Shown: one piece after another, positions 18,650 to 28,881 of the stretch
How the letters are laid out: the number at the start of each line of letters is the position of its first letter
How positions within the stretch are numbered: position 1 is the stretch's first letter
Origin: Candidatus Shapirobacteria bacterium
Lineage (GTDB): Bacteria; Patescibacteriota; Microgenomatia; UBA12405
Direction: 5' to 3'
Assembly: GCA_041661765.1 (NCBI GenBank)
Contig: JBAZTV010000003.1
Span: forward strand, 143,914-207,913
DNA: 64,000 nucleotides
The notes under the pieces: model-generated
Database searches by the model: none
Seen by the model: only the letters and a program-made list of their open reading frames with translations
What the model was told of the DNA's origin: nothing
Made by a program: the position numbers and the translations under genes

Positions 18650-19576
18650 TCAATAAAAAATTCTTTGTTGTTTTAAATAAGAATTTAAAAAATCTTGAGC
18701 ATATAATTGAGTATCGTTTGATTTTGACCCAAAAAAATCATGTTTAGCTAAATAAATTACTCCCTGAAAAATTCCACCTTCTGGACCTGGCAATGTAGTT
18801 ACATAACCTTTATATCCTCCTTTACTAATAACTGCCGACTTCACATTCGGATCTCCATTTTGAAATGTTACAGCAAAAACATCTGACGCCAACATTGCTG
18901 GGATATCATTTTCACCATCACCAAAGAATGAAAGATTTAATTTCCCTTCAAATATCTGTTGACACAATAAAGCAAAATTACTTTTATCAATTGGTTTACC
19001 GTACTTGTCTAATCTTATAATATCCACTGCACCATCACCATGAGGTTTCATAACCATTAATTTCAAATTATTTTCTTTTATAATTTCTCTTATATTATCA
19101 GCAATTTGAAACCTGGTAAATTTCTCATTAAAATTTACTTTGTGTGCTATTGGACCAACTTCAGGAAAAATAGTTAAAACACCCAGTTTTGATTCTTCAA
19201 TAAAAACCTCTCCAATTTCTTTACCTAAATGAATTTTACTAATACCTTCTTGTTTTTTCGTAAGTCCAAGTTGTTGACGCAACTCTACTACTGATTGTAA
19301 ATTTTCACCGATTATAACAGGAGCTTTACCATTTTGTTGTAGAACTCCATTATTTTCTGCAAACCAATACTCAATATCACAAGGTTTTGCTTGCTTAGCT
19401 AAGTATGAAGCACTTTTTCCAGAGCTAAAAATACCACAAAAACCAAACTCTTTCATTCCCTTTAAAAAATCTTGATTAAAAGGTGGTATCTCTCGATTTG
19501 GAGGAGCTAAAGTTCCATCCACATCTAAACCCACAACTGCTTTAATTTCATCTGTTAAACCTGATCTTTTCTCCAT
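18650..19576 (-). CDS. HAD-superfamily hydrolase (Cof / HAD-IIB-like)
   Basis: LDVDGTL is HAD motif I. GDGENDIPM is motif III. Within a sugar-nucleotide cluster. Confidence 0.6.
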   Translation of the reverse strand: MEKRSGLTDEIKAVVGLDVDGTLAPPNREIPPFNQDFLKGMKEFGFCGIFSSGKSASYLAKQAKPCDIEYWFAENNGVLQQNGKAPVIIGENLQSVVELRQQLGLTKKQEGISKIHLGKEIGEVFIEESKLGVLTIFPEVGPIAHKVNFNEKFTRFQIADNIREIIKENNLKLMVMKPHGDGAVDIIRLDKYGKPIDKSNFALLCQQIFEGKLNLSFFGDGENDIPAMLASDVFAVTFQNGDPNVKSAVISKGGYKGYVTTLPGPEGGIFQGVIYLAKHDFFGSKSNDTQLYAQDFLNSYLKQQRIFY

Positions 19577-19580
19577 TTAT

Positions 19581-20588
19581 TTATTTATTTTCAACAAATA
19601 ACCTTATATTCTCCACCGTTGTCCCCACAATTCTCCCGATTGCCTCTTTTGTATTAAAGGCATTATGTGGTGTAAAAATCACATCGTCACGATCACGAAG
19701 CAAATGAAAGCTCAAAATATCCTGTAACTCATCTTTGGTAATTTTTTTACTCATCACTACACTCATACTTTCCAGCATACTTTCATCCTCTGTCACATCC
19801 AATGCTGCCCCAACCAAAGTTTTATTATTCAACGCCCACACAATCGCTTCCGTTTCCACAACCGGCCCCCGCGAAGTATTTACTAAATAACTCCCCTTCT
19901 TTATCAACTTTATATTTTTTTTATTAATCAAATGGAAAGTTTCTGGAATCGATGGCACATGTAAAGTCAATATATCCGCTTCTTTCAAACAAGTTTCTAA
20001 ATCTACTATTTTACAACCGATTTTTTTGGCCACTTCGAGTGGTAATTTACCATCCACTCCCAAAACTTTCATTCCAAAGGCTCTGGCGATTCGCACCACA
20101 TTTTGCCCTATGTTTCCAACTCCAATCACTCCTAATGTTTTTCCGTCCAAATCTACTCCTGTCAAACCCTCTGGGTTAAACTCACCATTTTCCACTGATT
20201 GATGAGCTTCAACTATTTTTCGCGTAATTGCCAACATTAAAGCAAATGTATATTCGGCTACTGTTTTTGACCCATAAGTAGGAACATTTACCACCTCTAT
20301 TTTTCTTTTATTACATTCACCCACATCCACATTATCAATTCCAGTTGATCTGACCGCAATCATTTTTAAATTCGGCAGTTTATCTAAAACTCCTTTATTC
20401 ATTGTTGAATAAATAAAAGGTGAAATAATATCATATTTTACCGCCAATTCTAAATTATCCTGAACCTCCCCCTCAAAAATTCCAATTCCAAAACTATCCA
20501 ATTTACCAATTTCTTTTTCAATAATTTCCCTCTCCCAACTTTTAACTCCAAAAAATGCAATTTTATAATCCATAGATAATTTTATCAA
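19581..20588 (-). CDS. D-isomer-specific 2-hydroxyacid dehydrogenase family protein
   Basis: LGVIGVGNIGQNVVRIARAFGMKVLGVD is the NAD-binding GxGxxG plus downstream D. 335 aa. Confidence 0.8.
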   Translation of the reverse strand: MIKLSMDYKIAFFGVKSWEREIIEKEIGKLDSFGIGIFEGEVQDNLELAVKYDIISPFIYSTMNKGVLDKLPNLKMIAVRSTGIDNVDVGECNKRKIEVVNVPTYGSKTVAEYTFALMLAITRKIVEAHQSVENGEFNPEGLTGVDLDGKTLGVIGVGNIGQNVVRIARAFGMKVLGVDGKLPLEVAKKIGCKIVDLETCLKEADILTLHVPSIPETFHLINKKNIKLIKKGSYLVNTSRGPVVETEAIVWALNNKTLVGAALDVTEDESMLESMSVVMSKKITKDELQDILSFHLLRDRDDVIFTPHNAFNTKEAIGRIVGTTVENIRLFVENK

Positions 20589-20773
20589 ATTTTTTTTATT
20601 AAAAATTTCGGAGTCGTGTATTTTTACGTGCTTTGAACACGCAAGTATTCACGCAAAGAAAAAATATATGACGAGAAATTTAATAAAAAAAATTTTGATT
20701 ATTGACACACTAATATCCAATATGTTTTACTGATATTAATTAATCATTATTTCGATACAAAAGGACACACCTA

Positions 20774-21034
20774 ATGGACTATCAAACAGAATCACAAGAC
20801 CAACTTGTGAAACAATCATCCGCCGCCCCAAAAAAAATAAATGGGGTTTCCATCGATAACCTTCCCGATCTTCTAACCGTCGCTGAAGTCGCTGATTTAC
20901 TCCGCGTTAGTAAATTAACCATCAAAAGATGGGGTAAACGAGGTAAGTTACCAGCCATCCGCATCAACGCCCGTGGTGATCGACGCTATCGAAAAGAAGC
21001 TGTTCTTTGGTTGCTTGGAATCCAAGCCGAATAA
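20774..21034 (+). CDS. Excisionase / AlpA-family helix-turn-helix DNA-binding protein, in a local GC-rich islet
   Basis: LLTVAEVADLLRVSKLTIKRWGKRGKLPAIRI..GDRRYRKEAV is the excisionase-family HTH (PF12728-like) pattern. GC is visibly higher than the flanks. Confidence 0.6.
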   Translation: MDYQTESQDQLVKQSSAAPKKINGVSIDNLPDLLTVAEVADLLRVSKLTIKRWGKRGKLPAIRINARGDRRYRKEAVLWLLGIQAE

Positions 21035-21081
21035 AAGTATTCCGTAGCTTTAGCAAAAGATACCCTGCCCACAAATAAACT

Positions 21082-21498
21082 ATGAACCACGAAATACCAA
21101 AAGATTATTGTATAGATGGCATGCTTATTGCCCATGATTATTTAAAAAATAGATTTCAAAAAACAGATAATCTTCAAACATTAGGACGAGAAGACGGCAG
21201 TACTATTGATATTAAATTAGTTGCCGACAATATTTATTACCATGGAAGAGATTTTGTTGTTGTAACTCCTCCTTTAGAAAAAAGTGGCGTTTTTGGTGCT
21301 CCTACTTATATTGTGCTTCAGGTCGACAAAAAAGATAAAAATATTTCATATCTTCCAGTAGAAAACGACAAAACTGTTATTGCTGTTAGCAAATTACTAT
21401 TCAAAAAATTAGATCAACAAGCAGAAGAAAAATTATCAAAAGTTTTTGAAAGATTAAAAAAAACTGATTTTGAATTTAATCCTCGTAATTTACCTTAG
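21082..21498 (+). CDS. Hypothetical protein
   Basis: 138-aa ORF after the HTH gene. No motifs. Confidence 0.4.
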   Translation: MNHEIPKDYCIDGMLIAHDYLKNRFQKTDNLQTLGREDGSTIDIKLVADNIYYHGRDFVVVTPPLEKSGVFGAPTYIVLQVDKKDKNISYLPVENDKTVIAVSKLLFKKLDQQAEEKLSKVFERLKKTDFEFNPRNLP

Positions 21499-22453
21499 TC
21501 AACACCCTGCCCTTTGGTGTCCGTTTAATCAATCCTTTTTTCATCAAAAACGGTTCATAAACTTCTGTAATTGTTCCCACATCTTCTGTCAAAGCCGCTG
21601 CAATATTTTCTACCCCCACCGGCCCACCACCATATTGTTTTCTAACTACCTCCAAATATTTTCGATCTGCATCTGACAAACCATCCTCATCCACCCCCAG
21701 CATTTTCAAAGCCTCCTCAACTTCATTTAAAGTAATTAAGCCATCATTTTTTACTTGGGCATAGTCTCGCACTCGTCGCAACAATCGATTGGCAATTCTT
21801 GGTGTCCCTCGTGATCTTTTAGCAATCGACTTGGCCGCCTCCGTTTCAATTTTACATTTTAAAACTTCTCCCGTTCTTTCAATAATTTCCCTCAAATCAG
21901 TATCTTCATAAAAATCCAACTGTTGCACATAACCAAACCTGTCTCTCATTGGCCCTGAAATTAATCCAATTCTCGTTGTTGCCCCAACTAAGGTAAATTT
22001 TTGCAAATTAAGCCTGACAGTTTTTGCTGATGGCCCCTTACCCAACACAATATCCAACGCAAAATCTTCCATAGCCGAATAAAGCATTTCTTCCACCAAT
22101 TTATTCAACCGATGAATTTCGTCAATAAATAAAAAATCTCCTTTTTTTAATCCTGTCAAAATCGAGGCCAAATCTCCCGCCCGAGTCAATGCCGGACCAG
22201 AAGTCATCTTAATATTACTCCCCATTTCTCTGGCCATTAAACAAGCCAAAGTCGTTTTCCCTAATCCCGGCGGACCATAAAATAAAATATGGTCTAATGC
22301 TTCATCTCGATTTTTAGCTGCCTCCAAAAAAATTTGCAACTGCTGTTTTAATTTTTCCTGACCAATAAACTCCACTAGCCTTTGTGGCCTTAAACTTTTC
22401 TCCACCACCTTTTCATTCGTCTCTGCTTTAGGATTTAAATTTTTATCCGTCAT
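21476..22453 (-). CDS. ruvB: Holliday junction branch migration helicase RuvB
   Basis: LRPQRLVEFIGQEKLKQQLQIFLEAAKNRDEALDHILFYGPPGLGKTTLA is the RuvB N-terminus with Walker A. Confidence 0.95.
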   Translation of the reverse strand: MTDKNLNPKAETNEKVVEKSLRPQRLVEFIGQEKLKQQLQIFLEAAKNRDEALDHILFYGPPGLGKTTLACLMAREMGSNIKMTSGPALTRAGDLASILTGLKKGDFLFIDEIHRLNKLVEEMLYSAMEDFALDIVLGKGPSAKTVRLNLQKFTLVGATTRIGLISGPMRDRFGYVQQLDFYEDTDLREIIERTGEVLKCKIETEAAKSIAKRSRGTPRIANRLLRRVRDYAQVKNDGLITLNEVEEALKMLGVDEDGLSDADRKYLEVVRKQYGGGPVGVENIAAALTEDVGTITEVYEPFLMKKGLIKRTPKGRVLTKVNYED

Positions 22454-23049
22454 ATTTTATTCAAACACCATTCTAATTTTTCTTCAATTGTCTCTAATTC
22501 ATCCGGCAATTTTGCCACTACTTTTTCAATCTCTTTCCTGTCAAATCCCAATTGTTTTAAACTCAAACTCAAATCATCATCCTCGGCCGCCATAGCTTTA
22601 GCGTCGGCGGCTAAGTCCAATTCCCCTAACCCACCCACTTTTGATTTTAAATCAACAATTATTCTTTGTGCTCCTTTTTTTCCAATTCCTTTAACTTTTT
22701 CAAAAAATTTAACATCAGCTTCCCCAATCGCTTTAATAATACTTTCTGACCCTCGTCCTTCCGAAGCTTCAGCGGCGGAGGACATTATTTGGGCCGCTGT
22801 TTTTGGACCAATTCCCGAAACTGAAATTAACATTTTAAATAAATTAACATCATCGATAGTTTCAAATCCAAACAAACTAATATCTGTTTCTGAAACTGAC
22901 TGATAAGTATAAATTTTTAATTCTTCATCCACATTTCGACGCTTCAAAAAATTTTGACCACACCACACTAAATAACCAACATCATGAACCTCAATCTCCA
23001 CAAAATTATTACCAATTCTGGAAATTTTTCCTTTTAAACTCGAAATCAT
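22450..23049 (-). CDS. ruvA: Holliday junction DNA helicase RuvA
   Basis: MISSLKGKISRIGNNFVEIEVHDVGYLV is the OB domain. The HhH region is LISVSGIGPKTAAQI. Confidence 0.9.
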   Translation of the reverse strand: MISSLKGKISRIGNNFVEIEVHDVGYLVWCGQNFLKRRNVDEELKIYTYQSVSETDISLFGFETIDDVNLFKMLISVSGIGPKTAAQIMSSAAEASEGRGSESIIKAIGEADVKFFEKVKGIGKKGAQRIIVDLKSKVGGLGELDLAADAKAMAAEDDDLSLSLKQLGFDRKEIEKVVAKLPDELETIEEKLEWCLNKI

Positions 23050-23105
23050 AAACTCATTTTACACTAAACCAAACAAAACCCAAAGACTATCTAACACCCC
23101 TCAAA

Positions 23106-23597
23106 CTACATCAAACCAATTAAATCTTTATTAGTAAACAGATAAGTCAACGCTACCGCTACTGCATCAGAAGCATGAGAAGGATTAATATTTTTTTCCA
23201 AACCCAAAAAATTCCTGACCATAATTTCCACCTGCTCTTTTTCTGCTCGACCATAACCCACCAATGTCATTTTTACCTGAAGAGGCGTAAATCCTGTCAC
23301 TTCGATTCCATTTCTCTGTCCACAAACTTTAATCACTCCAATTGCCTCGGCCACTTTTATCGCCGACTTAGCATTTTTTGCAAAAAATAAAGTTTCAATC
23401 GCCATCGCTTCCACTTTATATTTTTTAATTAATATTTCTAACTCACAATAAATTTGATCTAATCGCAATGCCGAACTGTCGCTAATTTTAGTTTTAAGGC
23501 ATCCACACTCCACCAATGTCTTTTCATCACTTAACACCGCCCATCCTGTGTTAGCCAAACCTGGATCAATTCCTAAAATCATAATTAATAATAACAA
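23106..23597 (-). CDS. ruvC: Crossover junction endodeoxyribonuclease RuvC. True start probably at the internal Met, MILGIDPG, near 23582.
   Basis: ILGIDPGLANTGWAV is the RuvC catalytic N-terminus. ruvC-ruvA-ruvB order. Confidence 0.9.
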   Translation of the reverse strand: MLLLIMILGIDPGLANTGWAVLSDEKTLVECGCLKTKISDSSALRLDQIYCELEILIKKYKVEAMAIETLFFAKNAKSAIKVAEAIGVIKVCGQRNGIEVTGFTPLQVKMTLVGYGRAEKEQVEIMVRNFLGLEKNINPSHASDAVAVALTYLFTNKDLIGLM

Positions 23598-23714
23598 ATC
23601 AAAGCTGAAATAACCCTGTTTAATTTATAGGACATCTTCCAATTTACCCACTTATCCACATCAACAACCCATATTTTTTTATTATTCCAAATTATTTATT
23701 TTATAAGATAAAAA

Positions 23715-23885
23715 TCGTGCCTGTAGGGGACAGGCATGCCTGTCCCCTCCCTTAATACAAAACCTCTCTGTCTCCCCGCGACCGCGGGGAGACATCTCCC
23801 CTTAACAAGGGGAGAAGTCAAATTAAAATTAAAGATTTCCGCCCTCTTTGAGGGAGGATGTCCGCAGGACAGGAGGGATTTGAGT
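23715..23885. repeat. Cluster of at least four different hairpin elements (family 2 palindrome, gggga-gacatctccccttaacaaggggag, and others) between ruvC and murB
   Basis: ctgtaggggacaggcatgcctgtcccctcc. ctccccgcgaccgcggggagacatctccccttaacaaggggagaagtc. gccctctttgagggaggatgtccgcaggacaggaggg. Confidence 0.75.
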
Positions 23886-23897
23886 TATAATTAGGCT

Positions 23898-24773
23898 ATG
23901 GATATAGAAAAAGTCTATTCAGATCTTAAAACCAAATTCCCCAATCTGGAGATTTATAAAAATCATCCCCTTGCTCCCTACACCACCGTAAAAATCGGCG
24001 GCCCCGCCGATATCTTTATTCAAACCCAATCTTCCGAAGAATTTCTAAAATTATTAAAATATTTAAATAATTCTCCCCTGTTAAGGGGAGATATGGCAAA
24101 GCCGAGAGAGGTTTTGACTCCCATTACCATTCTCGGTAACGGCTCCAACATTTTAATTTCCGACTCCGGCCTTCGCGGCATCATTATTAAAAACGATTCT
24201 GAAGAAATCGAAATTTTACCTGACAATAAAATCAAAGTTTCCTCTGGTACCCAACTTTCTTCTTTAATCACTTACAGCCTTGATCATAACCTTTTAGGCT
24301 TAGAAGAATTTGCTTACATTCCTTCAACTGTTGGTGGTGCCATCGCCGGCAACATCCATGGAAATAAAAAAAATAATTTTTCTAAATTTGTTTTTTCTGT
24401 CGAAAAATACGAGGATTTTATAATTTCTGCTTTTATAAAACTAACTCCCGGCGATTCCACTCAAGCTAAAATTGAAGTTCAAGAAATTATCCAAAAAAAA
24501 TCTCAAATTCAATCCATGCTTTCTCTCGGTTCAGTTTTTAAGAATTCACCAGGCAAAGATCCAGCTGGAATGATTATTGATCAACAGTTAAATCTTAAAG
24601 GTTATTCCATTGGTGGTGCTCAAATTAGCCCAACCCATGGCAATTTTATTATAAACACTGGTTCCGCCACCGCCAAAGATTATTTGGCCCTCATCAATCT
24701 AATTCAATCTCAAATGCAAACTAAATTTGGTTTTCAGTTTGAGCTTGAGATTAAACTCCTTGGAGAATTTTAA
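23898..24773 (+). CDS. murB: UDP-N-acetylenolpyruvoylglucosamine reductase
   Basis: APYTTVKIGGPADIFI is the FAD-binding N-terminus. ILGNGSNIL is present. C-terminal ...KNSPG...GGAQIS. An in-frame hairpin element sits at 24073-24092. Confidence 0.85.
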   Translation: MDIEKVYSDLKTKFPNLEIYKNHPLAPYTTVKIGGPADIFIQTQSSEEFLKLLKYLNNSPLLRGDMAKPREVLTPITILGNGSNILISDSGLRGIIIKNDSEEIEILPDNKIKVSSGTQLSSLITYSLDHNLLGLEEFAYIPSTVGGAIAGNIHGNKKNNFSKFVFSVEKYEDFIISAFIKLTPGDSTQAKIEVQEIIQKKSQIQSMLSLGSVFKNSPGKDPAGMIIDQQLNLKGYSIGGAQISPTHGNFIINTGSATAKDYLALINLIQSQMQTKFGFQFELEIKLLGEF

Positions 24774-24842
24774 TCAAAAAAAAGACGGCCAATTATTGTT
24801 GTATTTCTACAAACAGATAATGGTCGCCCGTTTTAAAAGTGT

Positions 24843-25586
24843 TCAGATAATATTCAATATAGATGCGAGAGTTGGGTGTAATTTCATGCTTACGTTAGCT
24901 GCCGGAATTTTGATCAAACCCTGACGGCCTGAATAGATTCCAACAATCCTGCCGAGATAATCCACCATCATTGGTGTAATTCCCGACATGCCGCCCTTAA
25001 ACCAGTCCTCATTATGAAAAATTTTTAATTCTCCTTCGACCGTCCATTGGACAACAATTTCAAGAGCCCGATTGGCGTCATTGAAAAAATGATTCACAAT
25101 TTCAATTTCACCGATTTCTTGAAGCTGTTCTGCCGAAAAACCCCAGCCTGTGATGTTCAAAGAAACTCCATCGATTCCTTTCGGAACAAACCTTGTTTTT
25201 TCATCTTTCGACAGGACTGCTAGTTCTTCAACCACCGCTTCACGAATAGCCGTCTTAGTTAAATCATCACCCTCATCAAAACGAGCAATACCTCCAATCA
25301 AGCGCAACCAACCAAAGCGTTCATCAGGAATAACAACTTGACCATAATCTGTCATCAAGGAAAGCAATGCTCCACCCCGATACAAACCAGCCGGTGCTGT
25401 CTTTTCGAATGTTTTATTATCATGTAGAATATAATCCTCAATAAAATAAACATTCTCTCCGTCACGATAATAAACAGGGATCATTGTTTTAATTGATTGA
25501 TCAACCGTTGTTGCTTTGTAAAGATCCGTTAAATATTGTTGCAATTCTTCCGGTAGTTCACCTAGTGTTACTTTTCCAATTTCCAT
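24843..25586 (-). CDS. Hypothetical protein (247 aa) in a GC-rich islet
   Basis: ORF on the minus strand. The region 24.8-25.6 kb is visibly GC-richer than the surrounding DNA. No motif identified. Confidence 0.45.
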   Translation of the reverse strand: MEIGKVTLGELPEELQQYLTDLYKATTVDQSIKTMIPVYYRDGENVYFIEDYILHDNKTFEKTAPAGLYRGGALLSLMTDYGQVVIPDERFGWLRLIGGIARFDEGDDLTKTAIREAVVEELAVLSKDEKTRFVPKGIDGVSLNITGWGFSAEQLQEIGEIEIVNHFFNDANRALEIVVQWTVEGELKIFHNEDWFKGGMSGITPMMVDYLGRIVGIYSGRQGLIKIPAANVSMKLHPTLASILNII

Positions 25587-25909
25587 TTTATTTACCTCTT
25601 TCCATTTTTAGTACTCATTATTGAGCCTAAACTAATAATTAAAAATAATTACCAATTTGGGCTCAATAATTCTGAACAATTTTTTAAAGTTCTGTTTATT
25701 TTCAATTTTCACCGTTTTTGGCAAAATTATTTGTAAACATAGGCATTATATTCCAAAAACCATCAAAAGTCAACATTATAGGTTATTAAAAAGAAAAAAG
25801 GCGGCTATTAAATGATTTGTACAAAGTACAAATTCAGATAACAGTCGCCCATTAAATTAAGGATGAAATGTCCTTCGAAAAATCGAAAAAATCCATCCCT
25901 AGAGAGGAG

Positions 25910-26542
25910 CTAAATTAAAGATGTCGATGTTGGTGTCAATGAAAAAATAAAATTTGTTAAACTATCTATTTTAATATTTTGCATATTAGAAACTTTGCGA
26001 TAGAGCTTCGAGTTAAACAAATACGCTGGCGATTCTTTATTTATCTTCACTATGTAAACCGGAAAACCATCTCTACAAGTCAAACCAATTGATTCATAAA
26101 AATCACTTTCGGCCCCAAGCGATACAAAAAGAACATCTTCTATCCAAACCGTTTTTTTCTCTTCATCAAGATATAGGTTTTTTTGTTTAATTAAACTACC
26201 TGTTATTTTGGTTAAAATCTGTTCATAATTTTCGTCTATTGGAAAACCATACACACCCTGTCCTGGCATCAAAATTGTGTGTCCATCGATTCCCTCAACT
26301 CTTAAAAAATGTTTTTCAACAAAAAAACCTTTTGGCATATTTTTTTCAGGTCTATAATTTGAAGCGTGAAACCCATTAATACAACTAACACCGTCACCAT
26401 TCTTCATCCAAATTCTATTATCTCCAAAAGGTAAAGTTTGAACAAAACCATAACTTTCTCGAGAATTAAAATTAACCATACCAAAATCTCTAACTTGCAC
26501 GATTAAGGTTTCCGCTGGATTAACTTCTTTTGTCAACATCAT
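25910..26542 (-). CDS. Hypothetical protein (210 aa)
   Basis: ORF with typical local codon usage. No motif identified. Confidence 0.4.
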   Translation of the reverse strand: MMLTKEVNPAETLIVQVRDFGMVNFNSRESYGFVQTLPFGDNRIWMKNGDGVSCINGFHASNYRPEKNMPKGFFVEKHFLRVEGIDGHTILMPGQGVYGFPIDENYEQILTKITGSLIKQKNLYLDEEKKTVWIEDVLFVSLGAESDFYESIGLTCRDGFPVYIVKINKESPAYLFNSKLYRKVSNMQNIKIDSLTNFIFSLTPTSTSLI

Positions 26543-26622
26543 TCAAAAAACCCCTTGTTTTCAAAGTACTTATCACCGCCTTTGGCAATAGCACCAGTAT
26601 TATATTCAAATTAAACTAAAAG

Positions 26623-27453
26623 TCAATTTTGAGTCAACACTTTCCACACAAACTTCGGCAATTCCAATTGTCTTTTAAATCTTTTTGGTTCTTTAATTAA
26701 AGAATATAACCACTCCATTCCCATTTTTCTCCAAACACTTGATGCTCTCTTTAAATCTCCACTATAATAATCAAAACTTCTCCCCACTCCAATTGCCACC
26801 CCAATATCGAGCTTGTCGAGATATTTATCAATCCATTCTTCCTGTTTTTTCATTCCATAAGCCACAAATAAAATATCTGGTTTAAATTCATTAATCTTTT
26901 CCAAAACCTTTTCATTGTTAAACCTCGGTTCTCCACTACAATAATCCATTTCTATTTTATATTTTTCAAAATATTTCATTGTTCTTTTAGCCCTATCACC
27001 AAACCCACCCAAGAAAAAAACTTTATATTTTTTCTTTGCCGCCAATAAACATAGCTCCGACATCAAATCAACTCCAGTAATCAACTCTTCTTTGTGCCCA
27101 CCTTTCAAAATTTCTCCTCCAATTTTTATTCCACTTAACATTCTCCCCATAAAACTTTTACCACTCAATCTTTTAGCCCAAATTAAACCTATTCCATCAA
27201 CCACATTCAAATCCGTTTTTTCTAATAAACTTTTAAAGTTATCATCCTTTGTGCTTTTCATTACAAACTCTGGATTAACCGTAGCAATCCATTTTCTTTT
27301 AGCTTTAAAAACAATCCAACTATCAATTATTTTTAGCACTTGATTCATATCACTGCCAAACAGACGAATATTAAATATTTCCCAATCACTTAGGCCAAAA
27401 ACACTATCGATTTTTTTATTTTTTTGATCTCTAAAACCTTTTTTTAATTCCAT
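26623..27453 (-). CDS. WecB/TagA/CpsF-family (GT26) glycosyltransferase
   Basis: ATVNPEFVMKS...DGIGLIWA...FFLGG...EPRFNN...PDILFVAYGMKKQE follows the TagA/WecG N-acetylmannosaminyltransferase family layout. Confidence 0.7.
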   Translation of the reverse strand: MELKKGFRDQKNKKIDSVFGLSDWEIFNIRLFGSDMNQVLKIIDSWIVFKAKRKWIATVNPEFVMKSTKDDNFKSLLEKTDLNVVDGIGLIWAKRLSGKSFMGRMLSGIKIGGEILKGGHKEELITGVDLMSELCLLAAKKKYKVFFLGGFGDRAKRTMKYFEKYKIEMDYCSGEPRFNNEKVLEKINEFKPDILFVAYGMKKQEEWIDKYLDKLDIGVAIGVGRSFDYYSGDLKRASSVWRKMGMEWLYSLIKEPKRFKRQLELPKFVWKVLTQN

Positions 27454-27843
27454 TTTCTATTTTATAAGCCTTAATTTTTATTTAAAAACCTTATTGTCTA
27501 ATTTTACCATCAAAAAAAATTAAAAAGTCCTAAAAATTGTTTAAAAATGATTTAAAAAATATCCTATAGTTATTTTTTAAACGATAACTAACATAACTAT
27601 ATCACCTTCTTATCGTTTTTATATTACAAGATTAAATTATTAAAAATTATCTTTCCGCCAATATTCATTATTTAGAATAAATAATTTACTCATAGATTGT
27701 CAAATAAAACAGGCAAAATATCTAAAAACGACAATTCATAGACTAAAAAACAAAACTATCACTTATATTGATTGATTTTAAAACACATATTTACAATTTC
27801 CAATTATAAATATATATATTACAAGATTAAAAATTCAACTGCA

Positions 27844-28845
27844 TCATCTAATCGCCCTCTCATATACATCCAAGTTCTCCACTGCAATTCCAGTTCCTTT
27901 TATTACACAAAACTGTGGTTCTAGTGCCACATGAGCTGACACTCCAATTTCTCTTGTTACCAATGTACTCAAATTTCTTAACTGCGCCGACCCACCACTT
28001 AAAACTATTCCTCTATCAATAATATCTGCCACCAATTCTGGTGGAGTAATTTCCAAAGTATTTTTAATCGCTGTCAATATTAAATCTAACACTGGTCTTA
28101 TTGCTTCGTAAACATCATCTGTATTAATTACAACATTTTTAGGTAAACCATAAACTGAGTCTCTCCCGTTTATTTCCATTGTCTCCAATTTCTTTGGTTT
28201 AATTGCACTCCCCAATTGAATTTTAATTATCTCTGCAGTTTGATCACCTATAACCAAGCTATATTTTTTCTTTAAAAATTCCATTATCACTTTATCTAAT
28301 TTATTTCCACCTACTCTCACACTTTTATGAGTTACCACTCCACCTAAAGCAATCACCGCCGCTTCCGCCGCACCACCTCCAATATCTACAATCATATTTC
28401 CAAAAGCTTCCGCTACCGGAATCTTAGATCCAATCGCCGCCGCCAATGGTTCATCAATTAAATGAGCCTTTCTCGCTCCAGCTGATAACATCGCATCTAT
28501 CACCGCTCTTTGCTCAACTTGTGTCACTCCAGCCGGAACACATATCATAACCTCTGGACCAATAAACCAATTATTACCCATTACCTGCTTCATAAAATAT
28601 CGAAGCATTGCCTCTGTTACCTCATAATCAGCAATTACTCCGTCTTCTAATGGTTGAATTACTTCAATATACTCTGGTGTCTTACCCAACATCTTTTTTG
28701 CCTCGTTTCCAACAGCTAAAACTTTTCTATCTTCAATTCCCACTGCCACAATTGTTGGTTCATTTAATACAATTCCTTTTCCCGCTTCCCACACCACTGA
28801 ATTAGCTGTTCCCAAATCTATTGCCAATTTTTTAAACAAACTCAT
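27844..28845 (-). CDS. mreB: Rod-shape-determining actin homolog MreB
   Basis: LAIDLGTANSVVW..GIVLNEPT..AVG..AKKMLGKTP...DGVIADYEVTEAMLRYFMKQV...CVPAGVTQVEQRAV...DIGGG..E.AVI.LGGVV...VRVGGNKLD is near-collinear with canonical MreB. Confidence 0.95.
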   Translation of the reverse strand: MSLFKKLAIDLGTANSVVWEAGKGIVLNEPTIVAVGIEDRKVLAVGNEAKKMLGKTPEYIEVIQPLEDGVIADYEVTEAMLRYFMKQVMGNNWFIGPEVMICVPAGVTQVEQRAVIDAMLSAGARKAHLIDEPLAAAIGSKIPVAEAFGNMIVDIGGGAAEAAVIALGGVVTHKSVRVGGNKLDKVIMEFLKKKYSLVIGDQTAEIIKIQLGSAIKPKKLETMEINGRDSVYGLPKNVVINTDDVYEAIRPVLDLILTAIKNTLEITPPELVADIIDRGIVLSGGSAQLRNLSTLVTREIGVSAHVALEPQFCVIKGTGIAVENLDVYERAIR

Positions 28846-28881
28846 ACATTAATTTTATCCTAATTACGCTATAATATAACC

